Program-made: the position numbers and the translations under genes | Part shown: piece by piece, positions 10,224-20,200 of the stretch | Position numbering within the stretch: position 1 is the first letter of the stretch | Layout: each line of letters starts with the position of its first letter | The notes under the pieces: model-generated | What the model was told of the DNA's origin: nothing | What the model saw: the letters and a program-made list of their open reading frames with translations, nothing else | The model's database searches: none | DNA from: a virus | Lineage: Duplodnaviria > Caudoviricetes | IMG/VR virus record: IMGVR_UViG_3300030330_005471 | DNA: 64,000 nucleotides | Reading direction: 5' to 3' (one strand)

Positions 10224-11134
10224 TGATACTATCAATACTATTAGGGTGCTATGGAGATGTAAGCATCATAAAGAGAGAAGAAGAGCCGAAAGACTCTGCC
10301 ACAACTGTTGTTATAACAGAACCAAGCGATACACAACCAGAACCAACGTTCGAGCCAAGCTGGGAACCATCAGGAGAACCATCATTTGAGCAAACTGAGC
10401 GTAATGGTATATCTGGATATACTTATTTAAAATTAAGACAAGTTGCCTGCCCAGCGTGTATGGGAGAATCTCAAGAGATTTCTATAAATTTTCGAGCCGT
10501 CTTTCACCAGCCATCTTCTGATGGGCACACCCAATGGGTTCCACCAAACGGACAGTGCACAAATAACTTGATATCAACAAGCCCGTCAACAGTTCCTATT
10601 GACCTAGGAGTTGACATATATGTTGAAGGAGAGTACCACACATTTACAGCCAATTCGGTTGGACTTGGAATCTACGAGAACAACCAAATTTGGGAATCAC
10701 AATTAGAAAGGGATATGAGATATGATGTATTTACAAACGAAGGTAACTATAGTTTTGTTTCCTCTCATGGTTTCGATTTTATTGAACCATATACCATGTT
10801 ATGGGTTGACCCACTTTATGCTTTTGAAGCACCAATATTTAGATCAGGTGCAACTTTCACATGGGGACCAACCAGTGCCAACTCTGTTTTTATCATCACC
10901 ACAGCAGTCTACTCTTGGGACGGATCACAATTTCTTGGATACGTTACCTGTGCCGGAGCGGACAACGGTTCAATGACAATCCCAGCTCAATATTTACAAT
11001 CTTTTCAAGCCGGCTCTTTAGTTGCAATTCATCTTGCACGTCATAAAATCGAACTTGTAGAGACTGACATCAACAATTCATATATTGAAACCCATATGGA
11101 ATGGGAAGTCGTAGGTACCGGAACTATTTATTAG
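10223..11134 (+). CDS. Putative lipoprotein
   Basis: MILSILLGC short signal/lipobox, EPS-repeat linker, CPAC. Confidence 0.7.
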   Translation: MILSILLGCYGDVSIIKREEEPKDSATTVVITEPSDTQPEPTFEPSWEPSGEPSFEQTERNGISGYTYLKLRQVACPACMGESQEISINFRAVFHQPSSDGHTQWVPPNGQCTNNLISTSPSTVPIDLGVDIYVEGEYHTFTANSVGLGIYENNQIWESQLERDMRYDVFTNEGNYSFVSSHGFDFIEPYTMLWVDPLYAFEAPIFRSGATFTWGPTSANSVFIITTAVYSWDGSQFLGYVTCAGADNGSMTIPAQYLQSFQAGSLVAIHLARHKIELVETDINNSYIETHMEWEVVGTGTIY

Positions 11135-11152
11135 ATAAAGGAGGAATATGTT

Positions 11153-11275
11153 ATGGAAAATGAAATGTGCGAATGTTGCGATTGCAACAAAGAAGCTTGT
11201 GTGTGCGAATGCTGCTGCCAAGAAGAAGATTCTTTTAATCCTGATTGGATCGATCAGTTGTGGGGTGATCAATGA
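11153..11275 (+). CDS. 40-aa Cys-rich metallothionein-like peptide
   Basis: MENEMCECCDCNKEACVCECCCQEEDSFNPDWIDQLWGDQ; AGGAGG RBS; ATGA overlap with next gene; not in ORF track. Confidence 0.7.
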   Translation: MENEMCECCDCNKEACVCECCCQEEDSFNPDWIDQLWGDQ

Positions 11276-11712
11276 GTTCTGCTTGTCCTATTTGCGAATG
11301 CGATCCATGCGATTGCGGCTGGGGAAACTATTGTGGAACTAAGGAAGGGAAGCTTGATACAATATCTGTCATTGACAAACAATGGTGGGAACAAGATGGG
11401 GATGATCTTATGCACCCCGTCCCTTCGACTTGGTCTCACTATGATGACTGTTTGGAACATATCGAGCAGCTCTGTGGAGCGGGTGGAATTTCACCAACTT
11501 ATACGGGTACTGTGGTATTAACATTCAAGATAGGAGACCCAGTTAGGTATTTCCCAAACTGTAGCCTTACACATGATGAAGGTATCTGGATAGTAAAAGA
11601 TATTATTAATAAACATTCACTAGATTGTTCATGGTTTGATTACGAAATAACAAATGGTCTACAAACAGCTCTTTGTAGACAAGACGAACTAGTAAAACTG
11701 GAGGAAAAATGA
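11272..11712 (+). CDS. Hypothetical protein: CPICECDPCDC N-terminus plus C-terminal FKIGDPV SH3-like domain
   Basis: Coupled to neighbours by ATGA overlaps. Confidence 0.6.
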   Translation: MSSACPICECDPCDCGWGNYCGTKEGKLDTISVIDKQWWEQDGDDLMHPVPSTWSHYDDCLEHIEQLCGAGGISPTYTGTVVLTFKIGDPVRYFPNCSLTHDEGIWIVKDIINKHSLDCSWFDYEITNGLQTALCRQDELVKLEEK

Positions 11713-12104
11713 AAGAAAAGGAATTTATATGGAAAAGGCTATCAAAATATTTGAACCAAGATAAAAAAGATTTTGTGCTCAAGATATTCTCCAATTGTTA
11801 CGATTATTCGCCGTATAGTGCTTGGGATAAAGTCATCGCAGAATTGGTAAAACTAATATATAAAAGAAAACAGCGGCATGGCAAAAATATTCAAGTTGTA
11901 CAAGTGAAGAGTAAGTTTGGAGGTCTTCGCTTCTATACAGACGGTGATCAAGACGACTATTTACAAGGTGCCATATACATGGCTGAGATTCAATGTTCAA
12001 AGATCTGTCCATACTGCGGATCTGTTGATGAAGAGAGGGAAGATACTGGAAGATTTGTAAAAAGATGTGTTAGATGTGACGAAGGGAGTTTCGAAATGAC
12101 ATGA
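11709..12104 (+). CDS. Conserved phage hypothetical protein (VQVKSKFGGLRFY, CxxC pair)
   Basis: Recognisable phage motif; GGAGG RBS. Confidence 0.75.
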   Translation: MKEKEFIWKRLSKYLNQDKKDFVLKIFSNCYDYSPYSAWDKVIAELVKLIYKRKQRHGKNIQVVQVKSKFGGLRFYTDGDQDDYLQGAIYMAEIQCSKICPYCGSVDEEREDTGRFVKRCVRCDEGSFEMT

Positions 12105-12406
12105 CCATCTTGCCTGAAAAACTTATAATTGTTGATGTAGAGGAGCTTCCCTCGGATAAACGACCTAAATATAAGATCGGAGATCTAATACTCATCAGAC
12201 CGGGTTCTGATAAAACAGTTTATGGTTTTTATTTGAAAGATGGCATGGCCGTCATAGCCGAAATATTGCCATATAGAGTTGTTGGTTTTGATTACTACAG
12301 CCCACAACCAATCTATATGATAGAATACAAGGTAAAAAGAGTGGATAAGGACGAATACTGTTATGTTTTGGAAACTTCAATCCAACTAGTCGAAACCGAT
12401 AAATAA
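12101..12406 (+). CDS. Small 'GDLI' SH3/KOW-like family protein
   Basis: PKYKIGDLILI. Confidence 0.6.
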   Translation: MTILPEKLIIVDVEELPSDKRPKYKIGDLILIRPGSDKTVYGFYLKDGMAVIAEILPYRVVGFDYYSPQPIYMIEYKVKRVDKDEYCYVLETSIQLVETDK

Positions 12407-12421
12407 CACACTATTTACTAT

Positions 12422-12628
12422 ATGAGACATAAGGGAAAATACTTTACCGTAATCAAAGAACAGGGCATATTTAAAAATGGAATGGTCTGCTATTGCTTTG
12501 ATCAACAAGAGTCTTATGTCCGAATGTGGTTTCAGAAACCTTTGTTCTCCGACATTCATGAAGTCAAGATTCCAATAGACCAAATGCATTTATTTCAAGA
12601 AAATTACACTTCTTTGCTTGACAAGTAA
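12422..12628 (+). CDS. Hypothetical protein
   Basis: ORF directly after CTATTTA motif. Confidence 0.55.
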   Translation: MRHKGKYFTVIKEQGIFKNGMVCYCFDQQESYVRMWFQKPLFSDIHEVKIPIDQMHLFQENYTSLLDK

Positions 12629-12675
12629 ACCATAATGTGTTATAATACTTTTATAAACAAAAGAAGGAGGATGAC

Positions 12676-12825
12676 ATGATGGATGCATATGTTTTATTTA
12701 TAGTTAGCTATCTTATAGCAGGAATTGGCATAATAGCTTGCATAATGGCATATTTTACATTACCAATGGTAATAAAGACAGTACTTGATTTAGATGATGA
12801 AACTGAAGAATCGGAGAAAGAATGA
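12676..12825 (+). CDS. Small membrane protein (49 aa)
   Basis: AGGAGG RBS after class-1 promoter; hydrophobic N-half and acidic tail. Confidence 0.55.
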   Translation: MMDAYVLFIVSYLIAGIGIIACIMAYFTLPMVIKTVLDLDDETEESEKE

Positions 12826-13097
12826 AGATATTTAAAAGGCGAGGACGAATGCCCGAGGTTAAAGTAGCAAAATTTAAATATAAAGTAGGAACAGTTGTCG
12901 AGGTCCAACCATTTTCACTGGGAAGATTCCATAGAACAGCTGTTTCCAAATATAGAGGACAACTCGGCATCGTAGTTGATCTTGGAAATAAGCAACCATT
13001 GATGGTAGATGTTTTATTGTTCTCAGGAAAACACATAACAATAAGAAAAGAATTTTTAAAAATAAAGTTTGACTTATTACCAAAGAAAGGGAGGTAA
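12822..13097 (+). CDS. Small SH3/KOW-like family protein
   Basis: FKYKVGTVVEV...GQLGIVV. Confidence 0.6.
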   Translation: MKIFKRRGRMPEVKVAKFKYKVGTVVEVQPFSLGRFHRTAVSKYRGQLGIVVDLGNKQPLMVDVLLFSGKHITIRKEFLKIKFDLLPKKGR

Positions 13098-13098
13098 A

Positions 13099-13989
13099 AT
13101 GGTAGAATTACATTGTCACTTAGACGGGTCGTTGAGACTCAGTACATTGGAGGATCTCCTCCGCCAAAAAAATTACCAAATACCCGATAACATCAAGTTC
13201 TATCCGGGAATGGGAATAGAAGAAGCACTCTCACGGTTCCAAACAACACTATCGGTTCTTCAAGAACCCGACGCTGTTGAGAGGGTTACAAGAGAGATAT
13301 GTGAAGATGCAAGAGAGTTAAAGCACACTCACACGGAGATAAGGTTTGCTCCACAACTACACAACGGAGCTCCGGTTGAAGAAATCGTTGACGCCGCAAT
13401 TAGTGGACTTGACCATCGCTCCAATCTTATTCTTTGCGGGCTATACGGAGAGCCACCAAGCGTTCTCAATAGTCTAGTAGAGATTGCAAGGACTCGACCA
13501 AGAGTCGTTGGTATCGACCTCGCGGGGGCGCCTCATAACAGCCACAAATATAGTTTAATGGATTATGACGAACCCTTCACTCGAGCGAGAGATTTAGGCA
13601 TCGGAAGAACCGTACATGCCGCCGAAGGGCGTTCGCCCAAGGAAATCGAAGTTGCGATTAATTTCCTCCATGCTCAACGTATTGGTCACGGACTAACTCT
13701 TTTGGAAGACTGGAAGACCCTTGACCTTGTAATGCAGAAAGGAGTAACTATTGAGGCTTGCATAACATCTAACTGGCACACTGGAACCATAACTCACCCA
13801 TCAAAGCACCCAATAAAACAGTGGCTTGACCACGGAGTTAACGTTGCAATATGTGCCGACAACACCCTTTTATCGGACACCGTTCTTCCGATAGAATATA
13901 CGAGAGCTAACCAACAATGTGGGCTTTCGAACAGAGATATCTTGCAATGCAAGATCAACGCAGAACGAGCAATATTCCAAAGGAGGTAA
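13099..13989 (+). CDS. add: Adenosine deaminase family protein
   Basis: ELHCHLDGS, EIRFAP, VGIDLAG, TVHAAE, QRIGHG, EACITSN, ADN; GGAGGT RBS before ATG 13099. Confidence 0.9.
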   Translation: MVELHCHLDGSLRLSTLEDLLRQKNYQIPDNIKFYPGMGIEEALSRFQTTLSVLQEPDAVERVTREICEDARELKHTHTEIRFAPQLHNGAPVEEIVDAAISGLDHRSNLILCGLYGEPPSVLNSLVEIARTRPRVVGIDLAGAPHNSHKYSLMDYDEPFTRARDLGIGRTVHAAEGRSPKEIEVAINFLHAQRIGHGLTLLEDWKTLDLVMQKGVTIEACITSNWHTGTITHPSKHPIKQWLDHGVNVAICADNTLLSDTVLPIEYTRANQQCGLSNRDILQCKINAERAIFQRR

Positions 13990-14077
13990 ATATGAGTTTA
14001 TTGTATATTTTATTTGGCATGGCATCGATTAGCCTATCCGTAATCGTTTATGGACTATACACACAGGGAGGCAAGAG

Positions 14078-14416
14078 ATGACAGAAAGAAAAAAGACAAC
14101 AAAAAAGGGAACCGGAACTGGCATTGATGTCAAAGACCGAGAAAAGGAAAAGCATAAGCTTCAACCACCAAAGAAGTATAAAATTGTGTTTCACAACGAT
14201 GATTATACTCCAATGGAGTTTGTTGAATTGCTCCTTATGGATGTGTTCAATAAAAATAAATGGGTTGCCGAAACACTAACCATGTTGATTCATCATAAGG
14301 GAAAAGGCGTTGCCGGTGTATATTCAAAAGAGATTGCCGAAATGAAGCTCAAGGATTGCCATGAGTGGATTAAAACATATCAGCACCCTTTATTGGTGAC
14401 ATTGGAGCAAGAATGA
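14078..14416 (+). CDS. clpS: ClpS N-degron adaptor
   Basis: PPKKYKIVFHNDDYTPMEFV...MLIHHKGKGVAGVYSKEIAEMK...HPL. Confidence 0.95.
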   Translation: MTERKKTTKKGTGTGIDVKDREKEKHKLQPPKKYKIVFHNDDYTPMEFVELLLMDVFNKNKWVAETLTMLIHHKGKGVAGVYSKEIAEMKLKDCHEWIKTYQHPLLVTLEQE

Positions 14417-14638
14417 ACGAATCAGATCAAAAAATGTGGCTTCTTGTTGACGGCATTGTTAAAAAATTAAAAAGAGCAAGATATTGGACAACATCCGCAG
14501 ATGAATACCATCAAGAGTTTATGAAAGCTCTTTTCTTGCTCGAAGAGGTTTTGAGAATAATCGAAAAAAAAGATAAAAAAACTTGACAAATAACACAAAC
14601 GTGTTATAATAAAAATATATTCAACAAAGGGAGAAAAT

Positions 14639-15037
14639 ATGAATATTAATATTAACAATCTTGAAAACAAAGTGAAAAGAGAAAACAACTGGGACGAGGA
14701 AACTTGGAATCTCGCTTCCAAAGAATACATGAGGTTTCTCACACTACGTCAGAAGTACCCTTCGGCAACACTAGTTCCGAATGAATTGATTGACGCAGTT
14801 TGGCATGCCCATATCCTTAATACAGAGCAATACCATGCTGACTGTGATCGCCTATTTGGTAAATACCTTCACCATGTTCCGCATCTAGATGATGACGTAT
14901 CTGAAGAGAACGAACAAGGGTACCTTGAGACGCAAGATCTCTTCCAAAGAGAATTTGGAGAACCAATGTACGTCTCACAGGCAGCGAGGTGCCAAGGCAA
15001 ACCATGTCATGCACCAACGCCCTGTCGTTGCAGATAA
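14639..15037 (+). CDS. Glycine-rich-domain-protein-like family protein with Cys-rich tail
   Basis: EYMRFL..VP..IDAVWHAHILNT..Y..DC..LFG.YLHHVP. Confidence 0.75.
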   Translation: MNININNLENKVKRENNWDEETWNLASKEYMRFLTLRQKYPSATLVPNELIDAVWHAHILNTEQYHADCDRLFGKYLHHVPHLDDDVSEENEQGYLETQDLFQREFGEPMYVSQAARCQGKPCHAPTPCRCR

Positions 15038-15085
15038 AAAAAATAAAAAAACCCCTTGACAAACAAGGGGTTTTGTGTTATAATA
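15034..15085 (+). repeat. 52-bp direct repeat, copy 1 (hairpin plus promoter)
   Basis: Identical to 17127-17178; AAAACCCCTTG-ACAAA-CAAGGGGTTTT stem contains the -35 TTGACA. Confidence 0.92.
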
Positions 15086-15111
15086 AATATAACAGACAAT
15101 AAGGAGAATAT

Positions 15112-17130
15112 ATGTCGGAAGAATTAGATATAAGAAAAAAATTTGACAACAACACAGACATTACAAGATCAATAAAAGAACTATTTGGACCAGAAAAAAT
15201 GTGGTTCAACTCTGCTAATGGTATTAATATAGCAAATCAAATATTATCAACAGCTAGAGTGTTTGATGAAAAGCATGGTCCAATTTTTAATTACAGTTTA
15301 ACAGCCCCAATGCAGTGTGGAAAAACACAAGCAATTAATACTGCGATTGCTCACATTTTTAAAACTAGAAAACAAAATATAAATTTAGTGTATTATATAT
15401 CAAACGCCAACAACGGCTTACAGGTAAAAACAATAAATGAGATAGCAAATTTTTGGCTTGAACTCCAAAAGTATGACAATTCATGGGAAATTTATAATAA
15501 CGGTGATGGTAAGATTGATGTTGTGTATAAAGATCAATGGAAATTGGAGATAAGAGTTATCCACAACGGAAATGCTAAAAGAATAAAAGACTCAATAGCT
15601 GATGAAATCAAGGCAAACAAAGAACAAGCAATACAAATAATCATATACGATGAAGCAGATCAAGCCTATGGAAAAGAGTCTCAAAGAGATAAATTTTCTC
15701 AACGAATCCTTCAAAGAGAACATGCTTATGATAAACAAAGCTTCTATCAAAGGCAGCTGCTTAACATGCTTGAGATATCAATTTCTGCTACAGACTTTGC
15801 AAACAAATTAGACTTTGAAAACACAACGATAAAAGAGTATACAAATTTTTTAAATTTCGAAGTCCACCCAGCATATTACGGATTGGACAGAATTCACGAT
15901 GAAGGCTATTATAATGAATCTTGGGGACTCATTGAAAAAAGTAATTTTGTGCAAGAAAAAGTTGATAAGTTTGTTACCAAGGTTATAAATCCATTTTTAA
16001 ATGGCACACACCGAGAACAAAACACAAGACCTTTAGGCATGATGAGGGTCAAACGTGGTAATAAAAATAAATTTCGGTTTGTCGATGCACTGAAAAACTC
16101 TACTAATTTAAACACAAAAGTAGCATCAGCCAACAACATACAAGAATTTAATAAACTAGTACATGATGATAAAACCAAACTAATCATCCTCTCTTACAAT
16201 GGAAAAGACTTTTCTAGAAGTGATGTTGAACAGATTATTCAAACTTTCAGAAAGGCAACAAAACCTGCATTTAAAAGTAAATTTTATAATTTTAATAAAC
16301 ATCAGAAAAAAGTTATTATTACTGTTGACGGAGTTATGAAAGCCGGAGATGATTTAATAGGTAAAAGCCTTGAATTTGTTGCTTTTTGGTGGGAAAGGTC
16401 ATTAAGTCAAAATTCAACATTTGAAGCTCCTTTGCAAAGTCTTGGGAGGGTATGTAAGATATCCTATAACAAGATTTTACCACCAATAGTATACAGTGAC
16501 CTTAGACTACCAAATATCATCAAACAATATACCACGGGTGAAAAAACAGCACACGAAATACCAAACAGAAATATTGGTAAGGTGAAAGAGAACAAGAAAA
16601 ATACAAACAGTTTTGTATTCTATTATGATTCAGAAGATGCAGAGCAGGCAAAAACCAAGATGGAAAAAATTGCTTCATTTTTTAATGAACATATTCCCAA
16701 CTTATTTCACCTTTGTGGCAAACCACGCTTCTATTATGGAGATAACTGGCCTGACGAGCATAAAGTGTGGAAAGGAAAGAGTTTTAAACACAATCAATCC
16801 TATCAGGAAAACGTCTCACCAACAGTTAATACGATCTGTGATAAAAGAGACTTCGTACTCAAAAACAATATCTTCCCACCGAACCTTGTGCAAGACGGTT
16901 TTGGCCAACTCCACAAGAACAAAGCAAATACTCGAATTTACGCTAAGAAGATTGGTAATATCTATAGATGTGCTTATGTGTCGACTTTTTTAGAGACAGA
17001 AAAAGTTATATGCGATTCTTTTGAAAAGTTTTCAAAAAGACCATCAGCCACCAACACAGTATATATAAAAACTAAACCTGAACAATACAAACCAAAAAGA
17101 GAAACACAGGTTAACAAAGAAGCATCATAA
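15112..17130 (+). CDS. SF2 helicase-like ATPase (divergent), AT-rich insert
   Basis: APMQCGKT (motif I), YDEADQ (II), SISAT (III), QSLGR (VI). Confidence 0.65.
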   Translation: MSEELDIRKKFDNNTDITRSIKELFGPEKMWFNSANGINIANQILSTARVFDEKHGPIFNYSLTAPMQCGKTQAINTAIAHIFKTRKQNINLVYYISNANNGLQVKTINEIANFWLELQKYDNSWEIYNNGDGKIDVVYKDQWKLEIRVIHNGNAKRIKDSIADEIKANKEQAIQIIIYDEADQAYGKESQRDKFSQRILQREHAYDKQSFYQRQLLNMLEISISATDFANKLDFENTTIKEYTNFLNFEVHPAYYGLDRIHDEGYYNESWGLIEKSNFVQEKVDKFVTKVINPFLNGTHREQNTRPLGMMRVKRGNKNKFRFVDALKNSTNLNTKVASANNIQEFNKLVHDDKTKLIILSYNGKDFSRSDVEQIIQTFRKATKPAFKSKFYNFNKHQKKVIITVDGVMKAGDDLIGKSLEFVAFWWERSLSQNSTFEAPLQSLGRVCKISYNKILPPIVYSDLRLPNIIKQYTTGEKTAHEIPNRNIGKVKENKKNTNSFVFYYDSEDAEQAKTKMEKIASFFNEHIPNLFHLCGKPRFYYGDNWPDEHKVWKGKSFKHNQSYQENVSPTVNTICDKRDFVLKNNIFPPNLVQDGFGQLHKNKANTRIYAKKIGNIYRCAYVSTFLETEKVICDSFEKFSKRPSATNTVYIKTKPEQYKPKRETQVNKEAS

Positions 17131-17178
17131 AAAAAATAAAAAAACCCCTTGACAAACAAGGGGTTTTGTGTTATAATA
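17127..17178 (+). repeat. 52-bp direct repeat, copy 2 (promoter for dnaE)
   Basis: Identical to 15034-15085. Confidence 0.92.
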
Positions 17179-17205
17179 TAAACATCAATATCTCGGAGGA
17201 TAATA

Positions 17206-20200
17206 ATGAAATTTGTAAACTTACACGCACATAGTGGTGTAGGCTCGCCCTTTGACGGCTTTGGCTACCCACAAGAACACATGGACTTCGCATTCGAAAA
17301 CGGATGTGAGGCTCTCGCACTTACCGATCACGGTAATATGAATGGCTTTGCTTATCAAGTTCTTCACGCAAAGAAGATGAAAGCAGCCGGAAAGAACTTT
17401 AAGCCGATATTCGGAGTTGAGGCTTATTTTATTCCATCGGTTGACGAGTGGAAGGTCCAACTTGAAGAGTTCAAGAAGGATAAGAAGAAGGCCAAGACGA
17501 TCAACGCTGATCGCTCTGGTACAAACATCGAGGCTGATGGTGAGTCCAAGGGCATGTCCAAGTCGGACATCAATCGTACTCGTCATCTGATTCTTATCGC
17601 AATGAATCAAACAGGTCTCAACAATATTTTCAAGATGGTCTCGGAGTCTTATCACGGAGACTATTATTATCGTAAGCCAAGAGTTGACTATGATCTTCTA
17701 TCAAAGTATGGCGAAGGCGTTATTGCCATGTCCGCTTGTCTTGGTGGAGTTTATGCTGGTTGCTATTGGCAAAAGCGTGAAGAAGGTGATGAAGCTGTGT
17801 TGGATTGTATGCGAGAGGTTACTCGCGAAATGCAAAGCATCTTCGGTGATCGCTGGTATGGCGAACTGCAATGGAACGGAGTACCAGAGCAACACGAACT
17901 AAACAAATATATTATCCAAATTGCTGACGAGTTCAATATGAAACTGGTCTCAACTGCTGACTCGCATTATCCAAATCCTGACGCTTGGAAGGACCGAGAG
18001 TTATACAAACGCCTTGGTTGGCTCGGCAAGGGTAAACCGGAATGGTTGGATATGAATATCCCATCAGAAGTTCAAGAACTTGAATACGAATTATATCCAA
18101 AGAATGGCATTGAGATGTGGGACGCATACATTCAATACTCTGAGGAGTGTGATGTTGAATATGATGACGACTTGGTTCGAGATTCTATTGAAGAATCTTA
18201 TCGTATTGCGTTCGAACGTTGCGAAGACTTTATGCCCGACACAACTGTTCGTCTTCCCGACTTTGTCGTTCCTGCTGGATATGACGAGGACGGATATCTC
18301 AAGCGTCTTGCTTCCGAAGGTCTATTCTCTATTCTTAAGTCCAAAGGGCTCACTCAGAAACAAACTAAGTCTAAGTCTCTTATTCATGAATATGAACAAA
18401 GACTTGAACACGAACTATCGGTCATTGCTGATCGTGGTTTCTCAAAATACTTTCTAACTATGAAAGCTATCTCGGACAAAACAAATGAAGTACAATTATC
18501 GGGGCCCGGTCGAGGCTCTGCGGCTGGTTCTCTGGTTGCTTATGCTCTTGGCATTACTCAAATTGATCCAATTAAATATGGCCTTTTATTCTCGCGTTTC
18601 CTCAGATCGGATGCGACTGATTATCCTGATATTGATTATGATGTTTCCGATCCTATGGTTCTTAAGGACATTCTAATTGACGAGTGGGGAGACTCAACCG
18701 TTGTTCCTATTTCTAACTGGAACACTCTACAACTGCGTTCGCTTATCAAGGACATATCAAAGTTCTATGAGATTCCGTTTACGGAGGTGAACGCAGTAAC
18801 AGGCAAGATGTTGGCAGAAGCAACCCCTCTTGCAAAGAAGAAGCATGGCATCAAGGCTGGTGTTTACACTCCAACCTTTGAAGAGGTCATTGAGTTTTCG
18901 GACTCTCTCCAGAAGTTCTTCAAGAAGTATCCAGACGTCAAAGACCATTGTGAGGCTCTACAAGGCTCATACAGGTCGTGCTCTCGACACGCTGGTGGTG
19001 TTGTGGTCGGTGAAGGCTTAGACCGTTATATGCCTCTTATCTCGTCCAAAGGCGTCAGACAGACTCCTTGGTCCGAAGGTCAGAACGTTCGTCAACTTGA
19101 GCCAATGGGTTTCATCAAGTTTGATATCCTCGGTTTGTCAACCCTTCGTATGATTGAAGATTGTATTGGCAAGATTCTTCGACGTCATCACGGTATTGAG
19201 AACCCAACGTTCGAGGACATCAAAAAATACTATGACGAAAAGCTTCATCCCGATAACATAGATCTAAACGACCAACAGGTTTACGATACTATATTCGGTG
19301 AAGGTAGGTGGATTGGTATCTTCCAGTTCACAGAGAACGGAGCACAACGTTTTGCAAAACAGGTAAAACCAAAGTCTATCATTGACCTCTCCGCTATTAC
19401 TTCTATCTATCGTCCCGGTCCGTTATCGGCTGGTGTTGATAAGTCTTATGTCGAAGCGGTTGAAGATCCATCGAGTGTACGATATCTTCATCCAATCGTT
19501 GAAGAAGTAACCAGAGAAACACATGGGTTCCTTATCTTCCAAGAACAGATAGCTATGCTAGCTTATCGTCTAGGTGATGGCATCACAATGGACGAGGCTA
19601 ACTTGCTTCGTAAGATTTTAACTAAGAAGGGAACTGGCAAAGGTTTCGAGGTCAAGGATAGAATCCACACCAAGTTTATTCGCGGTTGCAAAGGTCATGG
19701 TATATCTGAGCATGAAGCACAAAGACTGTGGCAAACCTTTGAGTATTTCTCTGGCTACGGTTTCAACAAATCTCATGCTGTCTCGTATTCTGTTATATCC
19801 TATCAGTGTGCTTGGCTCTGTACCTATCATCAAACAGAATGGGTTGCTTCATTCTTGGACAAAGAGCCAGAGTCTCGCAAGGAGAAAGCTATTAACTTAG
19901 CTAAGCAACATGGCTACAATATCAAACCTTTAAATGTCAATTATTCAGAAGACACTTGGCGTATTGAAGATGATGAAACTCTTATCGCTCCTCTCACTGG
20001 TATCAAAGGTTTTGGAGATTCAGCGTTCGAACAGATTATGCTACACAGACCTTTCAACACTGCTGAGGAACTGTTGTTTCATCCAGATGTTAAGTATTCT
20101 AAACTCAACAAGAAAGCATTGGATGTTCTTTGTCGTGCTGGTGCATTGAGTGATTTGGTTGATGAAAGGTTCACTGGAGATAAACACTTCTGGTCTGCTG

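Noticed and set aside
11148-11342. 64-aa ORF from the track
   Set aside because: Shadow frame of the Cys-rich 11153-11275 peptide, which has better coupling to the next gene.
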